Shown piece by piece: positions 17,554-25,431 of a DNA stretch of 29,073 bases; the stretch's first letter is position 1; the number at the start of each line of letters is the position of its first letter. The notes beneath the pieces are model-generated. The model was not told the DNA's origin. It was given only the letters and a program-made list of their open reading frames with translations, and made no database searches. The stretch covers positions 1-29,073 of the forward strand of contig JAISVD010000170.1 of NCBI GenBank assembly GCA_031271875.1, in the 5' to 3' direction. The DNA is from Spirochaetaceae bacterium (GTDB lineage: Bacteria > Spirochaetota > Spirochaetia > Treponematales > Treponemataceae). The translations under genes and the position numbers were made by a program.

Positions 17554-19224
17554 ATGTATTCTGAAGAGAAGAAGTGTGCGGTGTATGTGATCGGACACCG
17601 TAATCCTGATACGGACTCAGTCGTGTCCGCCGCCGCGTATATGACGCTCAAGCGCTCCCTCGGAATGGCGGAGTGTCAGGCGGCGCGGGCGGGAAAGATC
17701 AATCCCCAGACCGAATATATTTTTAACCGCTTCAAAGTCCCGGTGCCGGAATATATTCCCGACCTCATTCCCAAAGTGGGTTATTATATAAGCGAAGATA
17801 CCCAGACGGTGGATGAAAACACCTCTTTATGGGCGGCGGTGGCGAAAATGGAAGAGAGCAACAGTAAGGTACTTCCTGTGGTGGATTCCGCCGGTAAGTA
17901 CCATTCGCTGCTCCATTACAACGCCTTTGCCCAGAACATCCTGAAAATACTCAACCCGGAAAAGGAAGCCTCCATTTTAACCAGCATTTCTCTTCTCCGG
18001 CAGACCCTGAACGCCCAGCCGATTGTTGCCGGGGACAGCGACGAGCTGTTCCGCTGCTCTATTCTGGTTGCCGCCGCGCAGTTTGAGACATTCAAGCAGT
18101 ACTTACATATCCAGCCGCCGGAAAATACCGTGGTCATCACCGGAGATCGCAGCGATATTCAGGAATACTGCATCGAAAACAATGTGCGGGCGCTGGTAAT
18201 CTCTACGGGGTCAGTCATAGAAAAACGGCTGCGGGAGAAGGCGGAAAAGCGCAATATTCCGGTACTGATAAGTCCCTACGATACATCCTCCACCGCACTG
18301 CTGATCGTCTATTCCACCCCGGTCTCCACCATGGCGGACACAACGGTAAAAACGGTTCGTCCCACCGATACGGTCCGCAAGATCAGGCCCCTCATTGCAG
18401 CTTCCCCGAGCAGGTGCCTGCCCGTTGCCGATGACAGCGACAGGATAATCGGGATACTTTCCGAAAGCGATCTCCTGCGGGAGCCGAATATCGGCGTCAT
18501 TCTTGTGGATCACAACGAGATAACCCAGTCTGTGGAGGGCGTCGAGAATTACACGATCTTTGAAGTCATCGACCATCACCGGCTCGGCAATTTTTCGACC
18601 CGCAACCCCATCACATTCATAAACAAACCCGTAGGGGCGACATCGACAATCATTACCACCATGTTCCGGGAGAGCCGGGTTCCCATTCCCCGGGATATCG
18701 CGTCGATCCTGCTGGCGGGTATCCTGTCGGATACGCTGGCGCTCCAGTCAACAACCACAACTGAAGCCGACAGGGAGATGGCTGAATTTCTGTCAAATAT
18801 CACCAATCTGGATATCGATAAATTGTGGGCGGATATCCTTTCCGCAGCAAGCAATATCGGAAGCAGGAGCGCCGCAGAGCTTATACATCAGGACATGAAG
18901 GACTACACGGAAAGCGGTTTCATCTTTTCTGTCAGCCAGATCGAAGTGGAAACTCCCTATCAACTCGTTGCGCGCAAGGAGGAATTCCTCGCGGAACTGG
19001 AGATAGACCGCCGCTCCCGCAAGGAGCTGTTCTGCGCGCTTATGGTAACCGATATTACGGAGCTTACCAGCCTGCTGCTGGTTTCAGCGGATAAGCCCTT
19101 CAGTCACGTCATCAGCTTTCCCAGGCAGGAGGATTCCGTCTATATCCTGCGGGATATCGTTTCACGGAAAAAGCAGCTTATTCCGCTTCTCTCGGAACTG
19201 GTGGGAAAATTTGCCGATGAATAA
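17554..19224 (+). CDS. ppaC: Mn-dependent family II inorganic pyrophosphatase with CBS-DRTGG-CBS insert
   Basis: GHRNPDTDS, VDHNE, IDHH, ILSDT and SRKKQL, with CBS and DRTGG-like (ITGDRSD) regions. ATG 17554 follows GAGG. Confidence 0.92.
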   Translation: MYSEEKKCAVYVIGHRNPDTDSVVSAAAYMTLKRSLGMAECQAARAGKINPQTEYIFNRFKVPVPEYIPDLIPKVGYYISEDTQTVDENTSLWAAVAKMEESNSKVLPVVDSAGKYHSLLHYNAFAQNILKILNPEKEASILTSISLLRQTLNAQPIVAGDSDELFRCSILVAAAQFETFKQYLHIQPPENTVVITGDRSDIQEYCIENNVRALVISTGSVIEKRLREKAEKRNIPVLISPYDTSSTALLIVYSTPVSTMADTTVKTVRPTDTVRKIRPLIAASPSRCLPVADDSDRIIGILSESDLLREPNIGVILVDHNEITQSVEGVENYTIFEVIDHHRLGNFSTRNPITFINKPVGATSTIITTMFRESRVPIPRDIASILLAGILSDTLALQSTTTTEADREMAEFLSNITNLDIDKLWADILSAASNIGSRSAAELIHQDMKDYTESGFIFSVSQIEVETPYQLVARKEEFLAELEIDRRSRKELFCALMVTDITELTSLLLVSADKPFSHVISFPRQEDSVYILRDIVSRKKQLIPLLSELVGKFADE

Positions 19225-19276
19225 AGAGCGTGTGCTCCGGAAGCGCAGAGTGTTTTCTGTTTGAAAAAACAGGATT

Positions 19277-20458
19277 TCAGGAACGCTTTTCAACAAGATA
19301 GAGATATTCGGTCACATGGATAGCGCGGTTATTGAGATTTCTGCTGCCCCGGAAGGTGTTGTAAGGAATCTCTATGACCGTCACAGTCCCGATCCTGTCG
19401 AGTATTTCCACCATCCGCTCATAGCCGATAAAACCTTCGGAGTTGAACGATATAAGCAGGAACCGGGCAGGCACTGTTTCAGCGAGGCGCCGCAGGGCGT
19501 CAGCGGCGGCAGAGGGTCTGTTGTAGTCCGAGCGGTTCCAGTCCGGGGGAATGCCGGAAACCCTGCTTACGGCGGAAGGCTCCCGGTATGAAGCGATGAG
19601 GTTCAGCATAAAATAGTTGGAGCCGTAGGGGTGCTGGTTATAGGGCGGATCAATATAGGCGATATCAAGTTCGGGAAGCCCGGCGGCAAGGATGTTGGCG
19701 TCATCCCGGTACACAGCGTATTCGCATTCAAACCTGCTGAAAACAGGAAAGGGCAGGGTTATTCTGCCGGTGATGCGGGAAAGCGCGTCACCTCGGCGGC
19801 CCCCGAACTTCCCGATCCCCGTATCCCGGTTCTTGTAAAATCCCTTGAACACACCTGACGTGTTCGCATGGACAGAGGCTTCCGACAGCAGGGGGGCGAT
19901 AAAACAGGGCTGCAATGACCTGTCGATCCCGGAGATGAGCGCCCTCGCGGTATCCAGATACCGGGCGTTCAGAGGGGTATAAAAAACCCGTTCTCCCTTC
20001 CGTATATTCCCGGAGGCCGGAGCGTAAAGCCTTGAAATAAATCCCGGTGACAGTTGTTCCTCTTTCAGTCCCTCAAGGAGATTTTCATGAACCATCGCAA
20101 GCTGTTCCGTGTCAATTTCGGAAGCGTTTGAAAGATAACAGGTATTTATGACTTGGGAGTATTCCTCAAGATCGTTGGCGATGAGCAGGGAGGCATACTG
20201 TTTGAAGAACCGCGCTACAATGCCGGAGCCTGAAAAGAGGTCACAGACAGCAAGCTTACTCTTCCCCAGCCGGGCCCGGACAAGCTCCACCGCATTTCCG
20301 ATGAACGGAAGCAGTTTCCGCTTGTTACCGATACAGGTAATAAGCTGACCGGATAAATATGCGCTGTTTTCGGTTTCGTAATTACTGCTTTTGGTTTTGC
20401 CGTTTTCGCAGCACTGAGCTTCAGAAAACGCGGGGCTTTTTTTAATCGTCATCATCAT
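19277..20458 (-). CDS. Orphan N6-adenine DNA methyltransferase (alpha/D12 class, M.NlaIII/COG3392-like)
   Basis: IGNK (motif X), DLFSGSGIV (motif I), then YIDPPYNQHPYGSNY (motif IV). Composition is host-like. Confidence 0.88.
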   Translation of the reverse strand: MMMTIKKSPAFSEAQCCENGKTKSSNYETENSAYLSGQLITCIGNKRKLLPFIGNAVELVRARLGKSKLAVCDLFSGSGIVARFFKQYASLLIANDLEEYSQVINTCYLSNASEIDTEQLAMVHENLLEGLKEEQLSPGFISRLYAPASGNIRKGERVFYTPLNARYLDTARALISGIDRSLQPCFIAPLLSEASVHANTSGVFKGFYKNRDTGIGKFGGRRGDALSRITGRITLPFPVFSRFECEYAVYRDDANILAAGLPELDIAYIDPPYNQHPYGSNYFMLNLIASYREPSAVSRVSGIPPDWNRSDYNRPSAAADALRRLAETVPARFLLISFNSEGFIGYERMVEILDRIGTVTVIEIPYNTFRGSRNLNNRAIHVTEYLYLVEKRS

Positions 20459-21275
20459 CCATCATTGCTGCCTCTTCAGCATATTTATAACTTAATGCTC
20501 CATACGAAGATATAGCAAACATAGCTTTACAAAATGGACATAATACCAAATGTGTAGCATTTTTATATTCATTAGGACAAAACTTACTTAAAGTATTTTC
20601 AATATCAGTACCAGGATTTGGAGTAGCATGTCTACTGTCGTAACGAGAATATGGTTGAGGTGGCAATACTTTTGGAGTTCCTGATATTTCGTAATGTTTA
20701 AAACTTATATGAGTTTCAAACATATATTTTTCTGTAGCTTGTAATCTTTCAATAGCCATCTCAATTTCTTCCCTTTGGGACTTCAATCTACTTGTATCTT
20801 TATTAAAGACAGATTGCAATTTTGTAATTTTTCCATCATCAGGTTCTGAGCAAAAATATTCTATCAGTTCACCAATCGTATATGTCGAAACGTTTATTTG
20901 TATATTTTGTAAATGCCTTACAGGCGTTGTTTGGGTGAGGCTATGATAAGAAGATTGCGGAATAAACCCATTTCTTTTATCTGTATAATATTTATACAAT
21001 ATTTCTAACTTTGGTTCCATTTGCATAAATGAGTCTTTGTTCTCAATAAAAGCATTAAGTTTTATTGCTTTTATTGTTTCGTTTATTGATTTTAACTTGT
21101 TTTTATTTTCTGTTGTAAAACCATTATTTTCCGTATATTCAGAAATGTTCTTATCCATTGAAACTGCATTTATAGAAGCATTTGTTGATTCCAATACAGA
21201 TTGTAATTTTGTGATAATATCAGTGATTATCTTTTTAATATCACTTTCTGTTTTTCCACAAATAGAACATTTCAT
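20442..21275 (-). CDS. AT-rich hypothetical protein (277 aa) with N- and C-terminal CxxC pairs
   Basis: Long ORF in AT-rich DNA. ATG 21275 has AAGGAG 6 nt upstream. CSIC at residues 3-6 and CPFC at residues 246-249. Confidence 0.8.
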   Translation of the reverse strand: MKCSICGKTESDIKKIITDIITKLQSVLESTNASINAVSMDKNISEYTENNGFTTENKNKLKSINETIKAIKLNAFIENKDSFMQMEPKLEILYKYYTDKRNGFIPQSSYHSLTQTTPVRHLQNIQINVSTYTIGELIEYFCSEPDDGKITKLQSVFNKDTSRLKSQREEIEMAIERLQATEKYMFETHISFKHYEISGTPKVLPPQPYSRYDSRHATPNPGTDIENTLSKFCPNEYKNATHLVLCPFCKAMFAISSYGALSYKYAEEAAMMDDDDD

Positions 21276-21426
21276 AGAATACTCCTTATTACCAGCCTCT
21301 TGCAAAACCTAACCGAATTTTGCAATTTCCTCATATATTTTGTAATAAACTTTTAAAACCATGTTAGCCAAAATTTTTTTTGACTTTTTTTATTTTACTC
21401 TCGATTATAATTCCTGTTATTTCCGG

Positions 21427-22023
21427 TTAAAACGGAAGCCTGAACAGCAATCCCGCAATAAATCCGACAGCCAGTTCTCCTGCTATCCGTATAAGCAGCA
21501 GTACTATAATGGCTGTTATAAGGGAAGTCCGGTATGACCGGTAACGGTTGCCGAAGAAAAAACCGGTCAGACTGAAAACCAGGGGATTGAGAAAAGAGTC
21601 GAAGGCGGCCCAGGCCCGGGACCCGCCATCCTGATTTATGAGATCGAATATGAGCCGCACCGCCATAACAAGCAGAATAATATTGAAGAAAGCCGCAGCG
21701 GTGACCCAGATCATGGCGACAACAGTACCGGTAACAACTCCCAGAGATATCCGCCCGGCAGCCACAATATTGGCACATATCGAGGAGAGAATGACAAGGA
21801 CGCCGATAGCTATCACCGGAGTAAAATCAAGGGAGCCCCGCCTGAACAGGGAGAACCGGCGGAACAAGCCCAGATAAGGGTCGCATATCTTTCCCAGTGC
21901 AACCCCGGGACGGCTGTTTCTCGCCGCCGGGAACCAGGTTATAATGATCCGCGCAAAACAGATCAGGGTATACAAAGAAATGAGAAAACTGAAAACAGAT
22001 AACAGCGAAAAAACAACGGGCAT
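21427..22023 (-). CDS. yggT: YggT family membrane protein (two YGGT repeats)
   Basis: RIIITWFP...ICDPYLGLFRR...DFTPVIAI and a second repeat (DSFLNPLV), with RBS AGGAG. Confidence 0.88.
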   Translation of the reverse strand: MPVVFSLLSVFSFLISLYTLICFARIIITWFPAARNSRPGVALGKICDPYLGLFRRFSLFRRGSLDFTPVIAIGVLVILSSICANIVAAGRISLGVVTGTVVAMIWVTAAAFFNIILLVMAVRLIFDLINQDGGSRAWAAFDSFLNPLVFSLTGFFFGNRYRSYRTSLITAIIVLLLIRIAGELAVGFIAGLLFRLPF

Positions 22024-22192
22024 TGATATCTCCTACACACATAATTTACTCAAAGTATACACATCATTCAAGGTAATTGGGGGGGTCTTTTATCATAGAA
22101 AAGCAGGGAAACAAGGATTTTTCAATTGAAATCAACATATACAGTTTCTGCTGATTACAAAACTTGCTCAGTTTTGCAAAAGGTTCTGGGGC

Positions 22193-22382
22193 CTTTGTAC
22201 GGTATTCTGATGCTTTTTTGCTTAATTCTTCAACATTCATATTTTCGAATAAATTGTGCTACCATTGGTAATAATCAAATGGTTCTCTTTGAATAAGCAT
22301 GATGAAACGTTCTCCTTCTGCCAGCCCTAAATGCTTTGCCGATATTTCCATTCCTTCGTTTCGAATAAGTGTCTGTTTTCAT
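22193..22382 (-). pseudogene. Disrupted small conserved protein, putative antitoxin-like partner of PIN-domain toxins
   Basis: Reconstructed as MKTDT/fs/IRNEGMEISAKHLGLAEGERFIMLIQREPFDYYQW*HNLFENMNVEELSKKASEYRTK. One frameshift near 22367 and a TAG at 22261-22259. The ATG overlaps the MTase stop. Family recognised from memory. Confidence 0.7.
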
Positions 22383-23302
22383 TCAAAAACAAACATACTA
22401 TTAATTAATAATTTTTCTTTTTCAAGTCTGTCAATTGTAACAGAGTAATAATGTTCATCTTTTTCAAAACCAATATATTTTCTATTAAGCTTTAATGCCG
22501 CGATTAACGTGGTACCACTTCCGCAAAAAGGGTCACAAACAATTTGTTCTTCAACGGTTGTTAATTCTATTAATAATTCCATTAATTTTAACGGTTTCTG
22601 TGTTGGATGTAATCCACAATCAGAATTTTGAGATTGAATACAAAAAATGTTATTTGGTTCTTGCCCATAATTTTTCAAGATATTTTCATTATAAGCGCCA
22701 AGATTAAATTGCAAAACATTGTCAGCTATAGTTCCGCCAATTTTATATGGTTTTGAAAACCATAAAATTGGTTCAAATATTGGACGTAAATTCCCCACTT
22801 TCCAACCTGTCCATTTATCAGCAGCTTCCATGTCTCCTCGTTTCTCATATATAACACTGATTCTTTGAGCTCTGTGTGCGGCTCTTTCTTTTTCCCAACC
22901 GATCATATCTTTGTATGTGAATCCAACATTTTCAAATGCACATATACAACGGTGAGATAAACGCCTTCCTGCAAAAACAAACACATTTGCTCCCGGTTTT
23001 ACAATTCTAAACCACTCATTTGCCCAAGACATAACCCATTCATAATATTGTTGCGGAATTTGTCTATCAGCCTCTGACCAACCATTTAATGGTTTCCCTC
23101 TTTTTTTAAATATTGCCCCTGCTTTTTCTTGTGCTGGACTAGAGCCAAGATAAGCATTATTTGTATTATTATGCAAGACATCCCATATTTCTGCACCTAT
23201 CCCATAAGGAATATCACTTAAAATTAAATCAACAGAATTATTCTCCACACTTTTTATTAATTCTGTTGAATCACCATGATAAATATTATTAAATTTTAAC
23301 AT
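22379..23302 (-). CDS. hindIIIM: N6-adenine DNA methyltransferase, M.HindIII homolog (beta class, predicted AAGCTT)
   Basis: SDIPYG (motif IV), KRGKPLNGWSEAD, HRAQRIS and NLRPIFEPILWF, then DPFCGSGTT (motif I). The symbol denotes homology. Confidence 0.92.
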   Translation of the reverse strand: MLKFNNIYHGDSTELIKSVENNSVDLILSDIPYGIGAEIWDVLHNNTNNAYLGSSPAQEKAGAIFKKRGKPLNGWSEADRQIPQQYYEWVMSWANEWFRIVKPGANVFVFAGRRLSHRCICAFENVGFTYKDMIGWEKERAAHRAQRISVIYEKRGDMEAADKWTGWKVGNLRPIFEPILWFSKPYKIGGTIADNVLQFNLGAYNENILKNYGQEPNNIFCIQSQNSDCGLHPTQKPLKLMELLIELTTVEEQIVCDPFCGSGTTLIAALKLNRKYIGFEKDEHYYSVTIDRLEKEKLLINSMFVFE

Positions 23303-23304
23303 AT

Positions 23305-24192
23305 TTATTCCTGAGCCTCTTTTAAAGAGGTTATATAATTCTTTATGGCTGAAATTTTTTCATTCAGTTTTAATGATGATAATAACTCATTAATTGCCTG
23401 CTCTCTAGTATATTGTTTAATTTTAACGATTTTATCTTCCCAAAATTTTATTTCAGATTCGCCTCTGATGATTATATTAGTTTTAAATTTTTTAAAATAT
23501 TCACTAAATTGAATCGTATCTATTGCCAAAAATAATCTTATAATTTCATCTTGTCTGAAAAGAAAAGAAGCATTCCTTTCTGCATGATTAATAGTATCAG
23601 ATATTTTAAGACAGATATTCCATAATTCCGAAATATTTCTTTCTTCATTTTCACTAATGTTATTTTCTAAAAGTATCGAAAAATATTCCCATGAAAATAA
23701 TGTTACATTTTCATTTAATGCCTGACCATAAATTTGACTGGTTCTTTTTGGATATTGATAATAAGGACAAACCAAAACAGAATAATCATTATTTCCTTTC
23801 CAATCCGCCATGGATTTTACTTTAAAATCTTTTTGGTTTTTTGCTGTCCGGCTTAACCTAAATGATTTTGCATCACCAACAAGAGAATAATTATGAAACT
23901 GACTTCTTGCTACTACATCAGCACAATTTATCCTTTCTTTTGTAACAGTCGATCTCAAACCCAGTTCTTGAAAACACTTAGCCAATACAATATCAGACAC
24001 TTTTGCATACAGTTTTTCTTCACTAGAATCATGTCCAATATCCTCTGGTATAGCTCCAATTTCAGTAATAATAGGGATAATATCCGTTTTAGAAAGAGCA
24101 AATATCTTTGATTGCAATAAGGCTGATGATTGTTCAAAAGTCCCTTTTTGAGATTCATATTTGATTATTGACCGTAACTCATAAAAATCCAT
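23305..24192 (-). CDS. hindIIIR: Type II restriction endonuclease, R.HindIII homolog
   Basis: SSEEKLYAK, ADVVA...DAKSFRLSRTAKNQKDFKV and QYP...SQI. The PD-(D/E)xK residues are intact and RBS AGGA is present. Confidence 0.92.
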   Translation of the reverse strand: MDFYELRSIIKYESQKGTFEQSSALLQSKIFALSKTDIIPIITEIGAIPEDIGHDSSEEKLYAKVSDIVLAKCFQELGLRSTVTKERINCADVVARSQFHNYSLVGDAKSFRLSRTAKNQKDFKVKSMADWKGNNDYSVLVCPYYQYPKRTSQIYGQALNENVTLFSWEYFSILLENNISENEERNISELWNICLKISDTINHAERNASFLFRQDEIIRLFLAIDTIQFSEYFKKFKTNIIIRGESEIKFWEDKIVKIKQYTREQAINELLSSLKLNEKISAIKNYITSLKEAQE

Positions 24193-24339
24193 ACAATTTC
24201 CTGTGTTTTAGAATACTATGAATTATTATTTATATCAATATAGCTTTATTGTATGAATTTATATACGTTTTAGTGTAAGGGCATATAATATTCCGGTTAT
24301 AAACGAACTGCCATTAGCAGCGATACGTTTATAGAGCTT

Positions 24340-24680
24340 TTAGGTATAGTTTTGCTCTCCGCTATTATCATCTTTTTCTTGTGCATAACCAGCAATTTGA
24401 AAATATCCATAGATAGAAATAACAAATAGAATTATTTGAATAACTTTAATCCAATTTGAATATTCACTGTTAGTTTGTATTACTACTATAAAAATTATCG
24501 CCGGTGTCATAAATATTGTTAACAGGAAGGCTACAAATTGCCAGTGTATTTTACCTTATAATTACCACGAGCCAATTCTATAATTATAACAATTAACAAT
24601 GGTAATGAAATAAACATTATTTCTGTAAGAACAAAATAATCTGAAAAATTGAGTTTTTTATTCTTCCCCTTGGATAACAT
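24340..24680 (-). pseudogene. Frameshifted multi-TM hypothetical protein gene
   Basis: AAGGAGG RBS and ATG 24680 give a 49-aa frame (stop 24533-24531). A second frame (GKIHWQFVAFLLTIF...QNYT*) runs from about 24555 to 24340 and continues the hydrophobic helices. Confidence 0.65.
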
Positions 24681-25123
24681 TTAGTACCTCCTTAATTTGA
24701 TAATCTGATTTTATTAAGTTTCCTTTTGAATCATATTCATCGCTGATTTGGACATTACATTCTAAGGAATCGCCTGGGAAGACCAAAATTTTCTTTTTTT
24801 TGAATTTTTCAATCCATTCTTTATCTTCAATGATGCATATAATTTTGAACTCTTTCTTCTATATCTTGTTTTTCAATAACAGGTTGTAATTCGGCATCGT
24901 TACTTTCAATTTTTGTACGAATATAACTTCGCAAGGAACCACTTTGTACTTCTATAAGGGTTGTTGAGATAGTATTATCTTTCGATAAGGTTTTTGCTAA
25001 CATATTATCAATAGTTTTAAAATATTTTATTGCATTTGCTACAGCAATAAATAATTTTTCGGGATCATTGTTACCAGAAATAAAATCCAATTTTATTTCA
25101 TATTCTTGCATTATTTCTTTCAT
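24658..25123 (-). pseudogene. Frameshifted or internally deleted conserved hypothetical gene
   Basis: The 98-aa ORF (EIKLDF...GSLRSY) ends at 24827. Another frame continues KIICIIEDKEWIEKFKKKKILVFPGDSL...YQIKEVLNVIQGEE* to 24658. Confidence 0.65.
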
Positions 25124-25139
25124 ATAATTCCCTTCTCAA

Positions 25140-25170
25140 AATTTCGTATAATTTCCTCTTATACGAAATT
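25140..25170. repeat. 12-bp inverted repeat with 7-nt spacer, resembling tyrosine-recombinase sites
   Basis: AATTTCGTATAA-TTTCCTC-TTATACGAAATT. Confidence 0.5.
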
Positions 25171-25431
25171 CTCATCTTTTATACAAAAATCAGGACTTGT
25201 TGACAAATTAGGTAATTACTTATTTTTTGCTCACAAATTGATTTTTGAATTTTGCCTGCTTTCTTGAACCAGCTTTTGCGCTTTTAATTCATTACAATGT
25301 AATGAATTATATTCAATCGAAAAACTGGCTACAAGAACAAGCAATACAATTTAACTACTTTCAACCTAATACGGATAGAAAAATATTACTTTGTCAACGA
25401 GTCTATATCAATGCAACTAACAGCATCAGTA

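Noticed and set aside
21272-21334. 20-codon upstream ORF (MRKLQNSVRFCKRLVIRSIL) whose stop overlaps the island 2 start
   Set aside because: No RBS, and short ORFs are common by chance. Ribo-seq would be needed.
22079-22085. G7 tract upstream of yggT as a phase-variation site
   Set aside because: Short tract with no evidence that it lies within a promoter spacer.
1169-22492. Avoidance of the cognate sites CAGCTG and AAGCTT
   Set aside because: A manual scan found CAGCTG at 1169, 7004, 9355 and 10632, and AAGCTT at 7453, 10523, 13659, 20252 and 22487. There is no obvious depletion, and the window is too small for a proper test.
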